Source: Bryobacterales bacterium (GTDB lineage Bacteria; Acidobacteriota; Terriglobia; Bryobacterales; UBA6623). Taken from it: a stretch of DNA of 64,000 nt. Shown here piece after piece: positions 11,363 through 21,897 of this stretch (its first letter is position 1; each line of letters starts with the position of its first letter). Below the pieces are notes generated by a model. That model was not told where the DNA came from and searched no databases. It was given only the letters and a program-made list of their open reading frames with translations. The DNA lies in the NCBI GenBank assembly GCA_965248235.1, contig CBDFIU010000004.1, positions 961,898 through 1,025,897 of the forward strand, written 5' to 3'. Position numbers and translations under genes: made by a program.

Positions 11363-12481
11363 ATGGAAGCCCTCTCCGTCTACCGCAACGAGTTCCCCGT
11401 CACCGAAAGTTACACCTATCTCAACCACGCCTCGGTCAGTCCCCTGCCCCGCCGCACGGCGGAGGCTATGCGCGGCTTGATCGACGATCAGCACCGCCAC
11501 GGCTCGACTCACTACCGCGAATGGGTGGAAAACGGCGAAGCCCTGCGGCGTTCCTCGGCTGCATTGCTCCATGCCACACCCGAAGAAATCGCCATCGTCA
11601 AGAACACTTCCGAGGGTCTCGCCGTCATCGCTAACGGCCTCGATTGGAAGCCCGGCGACGTCGTCGTCGGCGTCAGCGGCGAATTTCCGGCCAATTATTT
11701 CCCCTGGAAGCGCCTCGATCGGCGGGGCGTGAAACTGCGCTGGGTCAAGCAGCGCGACGGCCGCGTCGAACTCGACGACCTCGACCGCGCCTGCCGCGGC
11801 GCGCGTCTGCTCGCCATCAGCTTCGTGCAATACCTCAGCGGGTTCCGAATCGACCTGGACGCCGTCGGCGAGATCTGCCGCCGCCATGATTGCCTGCTCG
11901 TCGTTGACGCGGTGCAGGGCCTGGGGCCGTTTTCGGTGGACGTCAAGAAATCCCGCATCCACGCCCTCTCCGCCGCCTCGCACAAATGGCTGCTCGGCCC
12001 CGAAGGCCTGGGGATTCTCTTTGTCGACCGCGACCTAATCCCCCAAGTTGAACCCATCGAATTCGGCTGGACGAATGTCGAGGGCTGGCCCGTATACAGC
12101 CTGGACGAGAAGCTCGCATCCGGCGCGGCCCGTTATGAATGCGGAACTCCTAACACCTGTGGTTGTCACGGCTTGCAGTCATCGTTGGACCTTCTTCTTG
12201 AGATAGGGGTCGAGCGCATGACCACCCGAATCCACCACCTTGCCGATCTGATCGTCGCGGAAGCCCGTGGAAAAGGCTACCAGCCGATGACGGCCCGCGA
12301 CGAGCATTGCGGCTCGGGCATCGTGACTCTCGTCAAACCGGGTATCGACGCCGTCGAAACAGCCGCGAAGATGGCGAGCAAGGGAGTTTCGGTGTCGCCG
12401 CGCGCGGGTGGCATTCGGGCGGCGCCGCACTTCTACCAAAACGACGACGATATCCGCCGCTTTGTCGACCTACTCCCCTGA
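11363..12481 (+). CDS. class V PLP aminotransferase (cysteine desulfurase/isopenicillin epimerase-like)
   Basis: YLNHAS, NTSEG, VDAVQ, HKWLLGPEG, RYECGT. Confidence 0.9.
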   Translation: MEALSVYRNEFPVTESYTYLNHASVSPLPRRTAEAMRGLIDDQHRHGSTHYREWVENGEALRRSSAALLHATPEEIAIVKNTSEGLAVIANGLDWKPGDVVVGVSGEFPANYFPWKRLDRRGVKLRWVKQRDGRVELDDLDRACRGARLLAISFVQYLSGFRIDLDAVGEICRRHDCLLVVDAVQGLGPFSVDVKKSRIHALSAASHKWLLGPEGLGILFVDRDLIPQVEPIEFGWTNVEGWPVYSLDEKLASGAARYECGTPNTCGCHGLQSSLDLLLEIGVERMTTRIHHLADLIVAEARGKGYQPMTARDEHCGSGIVTLVKPGIDAVETAAKMASKGVSVSPRAGGIRAAPHFYQNDDDIRRFVDLLP

Positions 12482-13279
12482 GACTTCGGCGACCAGCGAA
12501 GCCGGCGCGAGGTCTTCGGGTGGTTGGGTGGGGAGGGTTTCGAGCGCCAGGCGCTGACGAGGGGGTAGGGCCTCGAACGACTCGTTGAGCGAATCTTCGG
12601 TAATCAGTCCCTTCTCCATGCGCGCGCCGGTATACAATTGCTGCAGCGCTTCCCAAAACGGGCTGCCCGAGGTGAATTTCGGCTCTTCGCCGAAGGCCAA
12701 CACCTTGATCGTATCAGTGAGCCGTTCGGCCCAGGTTCGCGCTATGCGCTTGGCGTCGTCGTCGCCGGCGAGGACGAGGTCTTCGGGTGCGATAGCGACC
12801 ACAGGTTGAGGTTCGGTCCCGTCTTCCTTGGTCAAAATAATGACCGGCAACTTGGCCGAGTCGTTGTCGATACGCAATGTCTTACCGGGCTCCTCGACCG
12901 CGATGTCGATGATCTGTTGGAGCTGATCAACCAGTTGCTTGGCCCGCACCGCCCCGGCGCCGCGGTCGAGCGGGTCGTTGATCATGAAGACGGCGACCTG
13001 ATTCACCTTGATCGCTACGGGAACCCCGTCCGTCCGTCCGTCATTCGGCAACAACGAATAGGAAACTTCCGGGACCGGCAAATTCATCGAGATATTGCCG
13101 CCCTGCAGATAGTAGATCAGTCCCAGAACTCCCAGCATCAGCGGAATCGCCGCGCGCGTCGAATTGCGCTTGAAACGGGACTTGATGGTATCGCTGGTGA
13201 TGCGGTCGGCAAACGTAAACTCACTGCCCCGGGGCTCGTCGGGCTGTGGAGGGGGCCGCGAAGGCGTATCGGTACTCAT
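12470..13279 (-). CDS. hypothetical membrane-anchored protein
   Basis: 269-aa ORF, one N-terminal hydrophobic helix, natural composition. Confidence 0.65.
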   Translation of the reverse strand: MSTDTPSRPPPQPDEPRGSEFTFADRITSDTIKSRFKRNSTRAAIPLMLGVLGLIYYLQGGNISMNLPVPEVSYSLLPNDGRTDGVPVAIKVNQVAVFMINDPLDRGAGAVRAKQLVDQLQQIIDIAVEEPGKTLRIDNDSAKLPVIILTKEDGTEPQPVVAIAPEDLVLAGDDDAKRIARTWAERLTDTIKVLAFGEEPKFTSGSPFWEALQQLYTGARMEKGLITEDSLNESFEALPPRQRLALETLPTQPPEDLAPASLVAEVSGE

Positions 13280-13398
13280 AAAAAGTTAGATCGCAACTCG
13301 GTGCCGCGAGGTTTCACTTCTATTGTACTGCCGGGCGCAAAATTCGTCCGGCGGTGGGGCGGGCCGGTGTGCGATGGGCCCCGCCGGCGTCGCGGAAC

Positions 13399-15987
13399 CT
13401 ACATGGTCCGCACAACCCGCGCCTCAACCTTTTCCCCGTCATGAGCCGTCATCATCACTCGATCACCCGCCGCGACACCAACCAGCCCCGCTACCGCCAC
13501 GCTGCCGTCGGCGCGACTCCGGGCACCCCGTAGCGGCCGCCCCGCCATCGTTGCGAACCGAACCTCGGCATTGGGCAGTGTCTTGATCCGCGGTAAGCGG
13601 CAATCGATCGGACGCCCTGTAGCCGACGCCCCTACATACACTGAGCCGTCGCCGCGAGGCTCGGACCCGGGCGGCTCGACCAAGCGCCTGATCCACAAGC
13701 CGATTTTTGCGTCCTCGGGCCGCGGATCAAACTCCATTTCCAGAAAATTCCAATAGCCCGGATTCGTCTGCTTTCTCAGATCCGGCGACTCGTAGTCCTG
13801 ATGGTAGAAGGCGATCATGTCGAGCTCGCGGCCGTCGTAGTCGGTCATACGTCGCCCGAAGCCGCTTTTGGGAGCCCGGCCCCCAGTCCGGCCAATCGGT
13901 CCGAAAGAGCACTCATAAAGCCGCGCGTCGCGGTTGCGCACAATCGAGCCGATGTGGACATCCCCGTAGACGCTGACGATTCCCGCGCGCGAACTCAACA
14001 GTTCGATCACACGGTCGCAACCCGCCTTGACCCAGCCCGCATAATCGGCGGCGATGCGGTCACGTTGCTCTGCTTCGGCCGAGGGCTGCCAAATCGTATG
14101 CATGCCGTTGATGCCGGTGACGCAGATCAGCGCCGACGTGTCGGTCCGCACGGTTTCCTGCAACCAGGCGAACTGCTCCTCTCCGAGCAAACTCCGGGTC
14201 GGATCTTTGCGGTCGTAGATATGGCCCTTGCCCGTCCAGCCCTCGGTTTCCCAGATATGGGTGTCTTGCGATGTGCGCCAGAGCCGTGAATCGGCGATCA
14301 GCAACGAAAAATCCCCCTCGGGCATCTTCCAGCGCCGCCAGCGTTTCGGGTTTTCGACGCCCGAGGGGCTGTCGTCGCCCGTGATGAGATGCTGCACAAT
14401 CTGGAAATTCCGCTGCATGTACTCGATGTCTTGGCCCAGGCCCGGCTGGGTTCGAATCGCGATTTGCTCGGGACCCTTGACGTCGTCCATGCCGTGGTCG
14501 TGGTCGCCGGGATTGATCACGTTCCAGTGCCTCATCATCTGCCAGCGCGTGATCGGGTTGCCAACCGTCGTGGTGATGATCCTGTAAGCGTCGTCGGTGC
14601 TGGTGGTGTAGAGAACGAGTTCGAGATACCAAACGTCGTCCTCCCAGAGCATGACCTGGAATTCGAAAAGCTCGGTGTAGAGGAAGGCGTCGACCAAGGG
14701 CTGATCGTGAATCCAGTTCTCCTGGAATTTCGCCGTGCGTTCCATGCCGGGCTTTGTGCCGCTGATGGCGTGGCAACTGAGCCCGCAGAGGCGATAGGGC
14801 GCGGTCAGTCGCGGCAGACGGCCGACGTAGCTTCGGGCACTCGGACGCGGGTCGGCGGTGACATTCTCGCCGTCCTTCCAAACCGTGTAATACATCTCGT
14901 TGTCGGCGGGATTGGCCGGCAGCACGCAATCGATCACCGCGGTCGCGCGTCGAAAACCGTTGGTCAGAATTCTCCCTCTCCCCGCCCGCGGGAGGTCTTC
15001 CCAACCCGCCTCGGGCCGTTCGGCGGTTCCGATACGAATTTCCGCGCTACGACCCTCCTGCCGGAAGATGGCGATAAAACGGCAATGCCATTCCCCATCG
15101 ACTTGCCGCAGGGTGTCGCCAAGCGGATAGCAGACCTGCAATTCATTGACAGGCTCGTCGAGCGCGGTATTGTCGCCCGGGTCGAGCCGAAATTCGCTCA
15201 CTTCGAAATCGAGATCGCCGCGCCCAACGAGCCCCACGAAGCCTTCAACGAATTTTTCTCGTTCGACGTCTTTACAAGTGACTTTAGCTTGTGATCCGGC
15301 GGCCTTTAAGGTAGCGGTCACTGTGGCTTGGTTGGCGTCGCGACCCGAGATTTCCACGTCGATCGTGACTCGGTCACCGGCCTTGAGCGCCGGGCCCTCT
15401 TTGGTGGAATCAAGCTGAACGGCTTTGGCATCGTCGGTCGTGTGGTCATACACGCCGAAGCCGCCGTCATCGCGCCAGACGGCGTACCAACAGGCGTCGC
15501 CTTCCTCGCCGCCCCCGTTCCAGCTTTCAAATAACGTCCGCCCGCCGAAGCAGATCCCCATCAACGAATAGCCCGGCTCGGGATTGCCATCGGGCAGCGA
15601 GCGCACCACCGCGTCGATCGACACTCGATAGTTCCCTTTCAGCCTCCAATCACGCCGCCAAATCATGCCGTACGGCGGACTCGATTCGTACTCGGTTTCC
15701 ATGTATTTATGAAACGGAAAACCGGTGTGCCGCGCCTTGTCGCCGCGAGTGCGAATGCGGCGCCGCAGCGCGTTCCCTTCGAGTTTCCAATAGCCGGGAT
15801 TCAACGATTCCCAGCCGTGGCCGTGATAGAACGAATCGCCGCGTTCGAAGTTGTCGACCACATTGGCGCTATTTTCGTGCGCGGCGGCATTGCCGCCGAC
15901 TGCCGCCGACGCGGCCGCGGCAACGGAAAGCTTGGCGAACTCGCGTCGATTGACTTGCGAGTTGGGATTGCTGTTCTTGTCGGGCAT
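13399..15987 (-). CDS. Tat-exported PhoD-like metallophosphoesterase with long N-terminal beta domain
   Basis: NRREFAK, WEDDVWY, GDHDHGMDD, DSRLWR, LLGEEQFAWL, YGDVH. Confidence 0.7.
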   Translation of the reverse strand: MPDKNSNPNSQVNRREFAKLSVAAAASAAVGGNAAAHENSANVVDNFERGDSFYHGHGWESLNPGYWKLEGNALRRRIRTRGDKARHTGFPFHKYMETEYESSPPYGMIWRRDWRLKGNYRVSIDAVVRSLPDGNPEPGYSLMGICFGGRTLFESWNGGGEEGDACWYAVWRDDGGFGVYDHTTDDAKAVQLDSTKEGPALKAGDRVTIDVEISGRDANQATVTATLKAAGSQAKVTCKDVEREKFVEGFVGLVGRGDLDFEVSEFRLDPGDNTALDEPVNELQVCYPLGDTLRQVDGEWHCRFIAIFRQEGRSAEIRIGTAERPEAGWEDLPRAGRGRILTNGFRRATAVIDCVLPANPADNEMYYTVWKDGENVTADPRPSARSYVGRLPRLTAPYRLCGLSCHAISGTKPGMERTAKFQENWIHDQPLVDAFLYTELFEFQVMLWEDDVWYLELVLYTTSTDDAYRIITTTVGNPITRWQMMRHWNVINPGDHDHGMDDVKGPEQIAIRTQPGLGQDIEYMQRNFQIVQHLITGDDSPSGVENPKRWRRWKMPEGDFSLLIADSRLWRTSQDTHIWETEGWTGKGHIYDRKDPTRSLLGEEQFAWLQETVRTDTSALICVTGINGMHTIWQPSAEAEQRDRIAADYAGWVKAGCDRVIELLSSRAGIVSVYGDVHIGSIVRNRDARLYECSFGPIGRTGGRAPKSGFGRRMTDYDGRELDMIAFYHQDYESPDLRKQTNPGYWNFLEMEFDPRPEDAKIGLWIRRLVEPPGSEPRGDGSVYVGASATGRPIDCRLPRIKTLPNAEVRFATMAGRPLRGARSRADGSVAVAGLVGVAAGDRVMMTAHDGEKVEARVVRTM

Positions 15988-16111
15988 GGTTTTCCTGTGG
16001 GGATTTCTTATGGGGGTTCCAACGGCCGGCGGTTCGATGGACAAACCGCGGCAGAGGGACGAAAGACATTGTACTGCTTTGCGCCACCCGCGACCTCGCT
16101 ACAATGTGCCC

Positions 16112-16933
16112 ATGTCTCTCGATCGAAAGCTTGCCGTCATCGGCGCCGGAAATTTAGGCGGGTCGTTGATCCGCGGTCTACTCGAAGCCAAGCAGCTCGC
16201 CCCCGACGACATTCGCGCCACCGTGCACCCCTCGCTGCCGGCCGACCAGATCGGAGAGCAACTCGGCATCTCCGTCAGCGCGGGCGGCAATGCGGAGGCC
16301 GCTAAGTGGGCCGACGTGATCCTGTTGTCGGTCAAGCCTTATCAAATTCGCAAGGTGCTGGGCGATATGCGGGACTTTCTGCGCCCCGATCAAATCCTCA
16401 TCTCGCTGGCCGCCGCTGTCCCGTTGGCTACGATCGAGGATGCCGGTTTCGCCTCGATGCGTACCTTTCGCGCCATGCCGAATCTGGCGATGACGGTGGG
16501 GGCGTCGGCGACGGCGATCTGCTTCAACGACGCGGCCCAACCCGCCGACCGAGAAGTCGCCGAGGAAATCTTCGGGACCGTCGGGCGCGTGTTCTGGGTC
16601 AACGAAGAAATGATGCACGCCGTCACGGCGCTTTCCGGCAGCGGACCCGCCTACGTCGCGCTGGTCGCCGAAGCCTTGGCCGCCGGAGGAGTCAGCCTCG
16701 GCCTGCCGGCGGATTTAGCCGTGCAGTTAGCCGAACAAACGCTGATGGGCTCGGCGAAGCTTCTGCTCGAAACCGGCAAGCACCCGGCGGTGCTTCGCGA
16801 TGAAGTCTCCACACCCGCCGGCACGACGGTTGCGGGGCTGGGGGAACTTGAAAAAGGGGGCGTGCGAGCCGCTCTGCGCGCCGCGGTCGAAGCCGCCGGC
16901 GCTCGCTCGCGCGAACTGACGAAGGATCTTTGA
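16112..16933 (+). CDS. proC: pyrroline-5-carboxylate reductase
   Basis: IGAGNLG, LSVKP, RAMPN, TALSGSGPAY, VSTPAGTT. Confidence 0.95.
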   Translation: MSLDRKLAVIGAGNLGGSLIRGLLEAKQLAPDDIRATVHPSLPADQIGEQLGISVSAGGNAEAAKWADVILLSVKPYQIRKVLGDMRDFLRPDQILISLAAAVPLATIEDAGFASMRTFRAMPNLAMTVGASATAICFNDAAQPADREVAEEIFGTVGRVFWVNEEMMHAVTALSGSGPAYVALVAEALAAGGVSLGLPADLAVQLAEQTLMGSAKLLLETGKHPAVLRDEVSTPAGTTVAGLGELEKGGVRAALRAAVEAAGARSRELTKDL

Positions 16934-17297
16934 TTGGAATACGGAGTACGCCCCTACTCCGGGCCGCGAGAGAGCACGGCAATCCAGGTGTCCATTGCAA
17001 ACTTACTCTCCCTTCGGCTCGGATCTCGTCGAGACGCCATACCAGGTTGGGTGGCTTGGTCTTACGGCGAACCCCTTAAGAGCGTAGTAGAATACCCCCG
17101 CCTGTTTTACGCCTCCAGGGCCATTGACCGGACGGGAAGTTCAATTCACTCTAAGACTATCGGCTCGAATAGGCTTTGGCACGCCCCGGCGCGACTCGGT
17201 GTGGTTCGCCGGTTTCCGCCTGTCCAACGTCGGACCTTGTCGGCCCGTTGCGTCAAGCCTCTTCGAGTTATAGAGCAGTCACCGTTCTACTCGGGCA

Positions 17298-19149
17298 ATG
17301 GGGTCGTTTCTCACAATCCCGTCGGTGCTTATCCGACTATTAGCCATGGGTTGGACGATCGTTATGGTCGTCCGTTCGCGTGACTGGCGGCTTGCCTTCC
17401 TTCCTCTGCTGTTGCTGATCATGGCGCTGCAACCCATGATTCCTCATCTGTCGGAATCGGACGCGATGGTGATGCAAGTCTCGGTCTTGACCGTGCTTGT
17501 CGTCACGATGCTCTGTTTCGCCGTTCGCGGGAAAAAGCAGCGCTGGGGAGGTACACCTCTACGGGGCTTACTGATCCTGGTAACTCTGTACCAGGCAGTG
17601 GCCTTGCTGACCGGCAGTTGGGTGGTCGCACTGGGGCCTACCCATTCGGAATTTTCCGTGAGCCTGTTGCTTTGCCTCACCGTGGTTCTGTTCGGACAAA
17701 TGTTCAGCGAACGCCGGCACGCCGACAAACGCCTGCGCGATCAGGCTCTTCACGATTCGCTGACGGAGTTGCCGAACCGCATCTATTTCATGAAAGTCCT
17801 GAACCGCGCCCATGGCTGGGCGCACCGGCGGCGGAGTGCGTTCGCGGTGTTGTCGATCGGCCTCGACCGCTTTAAGAAGCTCAACAGCCGATTCGGACAC
17901 GCTACCGGGGACCAATTCTTAATCCAAACCGCTCGGAAATTGCGGGAGGAACTTGGCCCCGGCGATGTTGCGGCTCGGCTCGGGGGCGACCAATTCGCCG
18001 TCTTCCTCGCCAAAATCAAGAATCAGTCCGAGGCCGAGGAAAGTGCCGCTCGGCTCAGAACCACGCTGGCCGAGCCCATGAGAATGGAAGGCGAAGTCGT
18101 TGCCGCAACGGCCGGCATCGGAATCGCCTGTAGCACGACGGGCTATCGGCGACCCGAAGACATGTTACTGGACGCCGACACGGCGATGTATCGCTCCAAG
18201 GCCCTGGGAAAAGGCTACAACGAACTCACCGACATCCGCAGGCATACCCACGCCATCTCGGGTCTGCAACTGGAAGAGGATCTGCGGGGTGCATTGGAGC
18301 GAAACGAGTTCGTGATGTTCTACCAACCGATCGTGGAACTCAACGGCGGGAAGATCGCCGGCTGCGAGGCGCTCATTCGGTGGAATCACCCCGAACGCGG
18401 CATGGTTTCTCCCTTGGAATTTATTCCCGCCGCCGAACAAACCGGTTTGATCTTGCCGATCGGCGAGTGGGCGCTACAAAGTGCTTGCCGCCAGAACCAG
18501 GCCTGGCATGCCGCCGGACTCACGGGAATGCGGGTCTGCGTCAACGTTTCTCCCAGTCAGCTTCACGCATCGAACTTCTCCGATGTCGTCCGCGATACTC
18601 TGAAAAAGACCAAATTGCCGCCGGAGTACCTGGAGCTGGAGGTCACCGAAAGCGTCCTGATGGAAAACCCCGAGGCGGCGTCGAAAGCGATCGAGAGTCT
18701 TCGAAGCCTGGGCGTTCGCATTGCCGTGGACGATTTCGGAACCGGGTACTCCTCGCTGAGCTATCTCTGTCGATTCGCCGTCCACACCCTGAAGATCGAT
18801 CGTTCTTTCGTCGTGCGTCTCGCCGACGACCGCGAGCGAACCGGCCAAGTCATCTCGTCACTCACGGGCTTGGGACGCGGCTTGGGCCTGGACGTTATCG
18901 TCGAAGGCATTGAGACGAAAAGTCAATTTGGATCTGCTGCGTTCCCTAGGATGCCCGCAAGGGCAAGGTTGGCTGTTCAGCAAAGCCAAACCGGCCCATC
19001 AGATCGAAGGCTGGTGGCGGGACCACAACAAAAACGGGCAAAACGGCGATCACGATCTATCGAGTCTGGAGGGACTGAAGTTCAACGTGCGCAAAGCCGT
19101 AAGCCACGATCCGCGGCCATCCCCCGCCGTGAAAACCAACGCGAGTTAA
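17298..19149 (+). CDS. membrane GGDEF-EAL protein, frameshifted near C-terminus
   Basis: TM helices, HDSLTELPNR, RLGGDQF, EALIRW, DDFGTGYSSL; the end LDLLRSLGC..GQGWLFSK is in a shifted frame after ~18927. Confidence 0.85.
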
Positions 19150-19171
19150 GAAAGACGACCGCACTCGGCGA

Positions 19172-19849
19172 TCAACCCTGAACGTAAACCTGAGTTGTCG
19201 GGCGAAAACTCAGCAAAACTCGGCCCAACGTCGGACGGCCGAAGTGAGTGGCCGGATCGAAACGCGCGCTCAGCAACGCTTGCGCCAATTGCGCCCGCAA
19301 AATCCGGTCGGGCTCCTGATAGCTGTCGGACAACCTGATGATCCGAAAGTCGTAAACGTACCCGTGGCCGTCCACGAACGCTTCCACGCCGATATAGCTT
19401 GCCACGGCGAACGACGGGGCGATGCTTACGCTCGGCCCGGTAATAAGCGACCGGGTCAAATAGGTCAAGGGAATGTCGGCGTCAAGCGCGGGCGGCACGA
19501 AATTGAAATTCGCCATTAACCCGAAGAACAGAATCACGGCCGCGAACACACCGCCCGTCGCCGGCACGGCGATAGGCCGCATGGCGTTGCGGAGGCGCAC
19601 TCTCCAACGACTCCAGGAGCTTTCATTGGCATGGGAGAGGGCAACAAGCACCTTGGTCCGCAGACCGGGCGGCACGGCGATCGCCTGCAGGCTCCGCACC
19701 TCCGGCACCAGGCCGTCTTCCCCTTCGCAGCGCCGGAAACAAGCCTCGCAGCCGCTCAGATGGCCGCGCATCAGCCACGTCGAAACGAGCCTCAACTCGC
19801 CTTCCACGTAGGCTGTGAGATTTCGCCTTGCCCAACCGCAATTCATCAC
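19172..19849 (-). CDS. zf-HC2 anti-sigma factor with TM helix and TonB-C-like tail
   Basis: C...HLSGCEAC, TM segment, V.AFVDGHG.V.DF..., ARFDPAT.FGRP; directly downstream of ECF sigma. Confidence 0.75.
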   Translation of the reverse strand: MMNCGWARRNLTAYVEGELRLVSTWLMRGHLSGCEACFRRCEGEDGLVPEVRSLQAIAVPPGLRTKVLVALSHANESSWSRWRVRLRNAMRPIAVPATGGVFAAVILFFGLMANFNFVPPALDADIPLTYLTRSLITGPSVSIAPSFAVASYIGVEAFVDGHGYVYDFRIIRLSDSYQEPDRILRAQLAQALLSARFDPATHFGRPTLGRVLLSFRPTTQVYVQG

Positions 19850-20488
19850 TTACTCCGGCTGCACCACATAGCCGCCCGGCTGGTCGACCGCCAGCCGCCG
19901 CTGCAGCTTCGTTTTCAAAGCCTCGCGCCCGCGCAAAATGCGGGACTTCACCGTGCCGAGGGATATTTGTAACGTATCGGCTATTTCGCTGTAACGTAGA
20001 CCCTCGACGTCGCGCAGAACGACCGCCACGCGTAAACGTTCATCCAACTCTCCCAAGGCCTCGGCGATCACCATACTCAGTTCCTTGCGCACCACAAGAT
20101 CATAAGGCGTGCCGCGACGATCGATCATCCAATCCGCGCCGGCCAAGTCCCCCGCGGCCAAAGCCTCGGCGGAGACCTCGCTGTTCCGATGCCGTAGAAA
20201 CCAGCGCCGGCGATTCGAGGCTTCGCGAACAGCGATGCGATAGATCCACGTCTTGAGACTGCAGTCGCCGCGAAATTCGCCGACCTTCCGAAACACCTTC
20301 ACAAAAACGTCTTGCGTAACGTCGGGAGCGTCGCCGGGATCCCGAAGCAGGCGATAGACAAACCGATAGACCGGTCGTTCGTAGAGTTCCAGAAGAGTTT
20401 CAAAGGCCTGCGGCGTGCCCAGCCGCAACCCCTGAATCAGCGCCACGTCCTCGGTCGGACACAGCGAGTTAACTACAAAGTCGTGCAC
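19850..20488 (-). CDS. ECF RNA polymerase sigma factor
   Basis: DVTQDVFVKVF, LKTWIYRIA, LRDVEGL.YSEIA..L.I.LGTVKSRI.RGR. Confidence 0.92.
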   Translation of the reverse strand: MHDFVVNSLCPTEDVALIQGLRLGTPQAFETLLELYERPVYRFVYRLLRDPGDAPDVTQDVFVKVFRKVGEFRGDCSLKTWIYRIAVREASNRRRWFLRHRNSEVSAEALAAGDLAGADWMIDRRGTPYDLVVRKELSMVIAEALGELDERLRVAVVLRDVEGLRYSEIADTLQISLGTVKSRILRGREALKTKLQRRLAVDQPGGYVVQPE

Positions 20489-20716
20489 CCGTCTCTCCCA
20501 TTCTTCAAGGAGGGGACGCCCTTAGATTACCAGGCTGTTCCCGCCCCAGCAAACGACTTATGCTCTACGTATGTTCCCTACAAATCGAAGACACCGCCGG
20601 GCACTGAAAAGTTCCCACGATCATTCCGGCGTAGCGAGGCAGGCACTTGCGGCGGCCGCGGAAGCGAGGATCTTCGCCCCTGTGTCTCGGGACAATTCCC
20701 CAAAAAGAGACGGCGG

Positions 20717-21682
20717 CTAAAACGCCGGACCGCTGGGAACGGGTTTCAGCGCAAACGCCAACGGCGCCGCCAGGAACTCGCGGACCGAACGCATGGTCTC
20801 CATGGTCCCGTAGAGAAACAGTCCTAATCCGTCTTCGTTGCCCCGCACCGTAACGCGGCGGATAAAAGCGGCGTCTTGGGCGCCGCCGAAGAATCCGACA
20901 CCGCCCTGGGTGTACCGGTCGGCTTTCCAAAGGTCGACCCCGGAACCGTTCAAAAGCGTCTGAATAGTCTCACCGTTCACGCGCACGGACATGTGATTCA
21001 AGCCTTTACCGGCCGCGCCCAGGTATCGGTTCGTCAAGGAAGACGCTTCTCTGCGGCCGTTGGAAAAAACGTAGCGGCTCAATTGATATCCGCTATTGCC
21101 TCGCGCATTATCGCGGCGCAATTCAAAAGCGTAGTAGTTCTTGTCATCCGCCGCGCGCACAACCCAGCCCAACAGGCCCGCGTCGATCCGGAAATCAAAA
21201 TCCAGCCGATAGTCGCGCCGGTTCATGGTCCGCTTGTGAAAGGTCAAGCCGTTGACGCGCATGTACCCTCCCGGGTTCAGAGAGGATCCCACGCCGTCCC
21301 ACTGCTCAAGACCTTTTTCAAACTCGTCTCGAATGAAAAATGCCGCGCGTTCCTTTACCGGTTGCTGTAAAGTCCGAAAATACGCTGCCGCGGGGGCCCG
21401 CACGCTTGCAAGCGTACTGCCGCCCCAAGTTGTCAACTCCGAGCTGAAGCTCGCGGCAAAGATCAGCATCAGGCCAATGAATCCGATTTGACGAAAGCGG
21501 CGATTGCTCCAGAGTTGCGCGACCCGGTAACGCCACCAAAACGTCGGCTGCGGCATGGCGCGGACCGATTCCACCAGCCCCGTCAACGCCGTTCTCCTTG
21601 CGGGAAGCGCCATCTCCCCGGCAGTCAAACCCGGATACGCCCGTGACGTTTCTACTCGGCCCAAAATTGTGCCCGTTTTCAT
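20717..21682 (-). CDS. hypothetical membrane-anchored protein, probable beta-sandwich C-terminal domain
   Basis: TM helix, then DYRLDFDF, LGWVVRA.D.KNYY, GGVGFF. Confidence 0.6.
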   Translation of the reverse strand: MKTGTILGRVETSRAYPGLTAGEMALPARRTALTGLVESVRAMPQPTFWWRYRVAQLWSNRRFRQIGFIGLMLIFAASFSSELTTWGGSTLASVRAPAAAYFRTLQQPVKERAAFFIRDEFEKGLEQWDGVGSSLNPGGYMRVNGLTFHKRTMNRRDYRLDFDFRIDAGLLGWVVRAADDKNYYAFELRRDNARGNSGYQLSRYVFSNGRREASSLTNRYLGAAGKGLNHMSVRVNGETIQTLLNGSGVDLWKADRYTQGGVGFFGGAQDAAFIRRVTVRGNEDGLGLFLYGTMETMRSVREFLAAPLAFALKPVPSGPAF

Positions 21683-21897
21683 GCGAGGCTCCGTTCTCGG
21701 GGGAGGGCCCGCTGCCCTACGAATTCCCTAGTCCATTTTGCCTTCAGACTGATTCGAGGGCAAGATATATTTCAGCGAAAACAACAAAAGCGGGCGAAAA
21801 CAGTACTCCAGGGTTGCAGAAATCCGGTTTAGTTTCGGTACGGTTTAAAAATGTATCGGTACTTAATTGGCGAATATCCGATTTAGATGGGAGCGCC

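Noticed and set aside
15851-16111. N-terminal extension of proC
   Set aside because: Overlaps the divergent PhoD-like gene; a -10 box sits just before ATG 16112
17176-17192. Sigma-54 promoter (TGGCACG) before the GGDEF-EAL gene
   Set aside because: No GC at the required spacing
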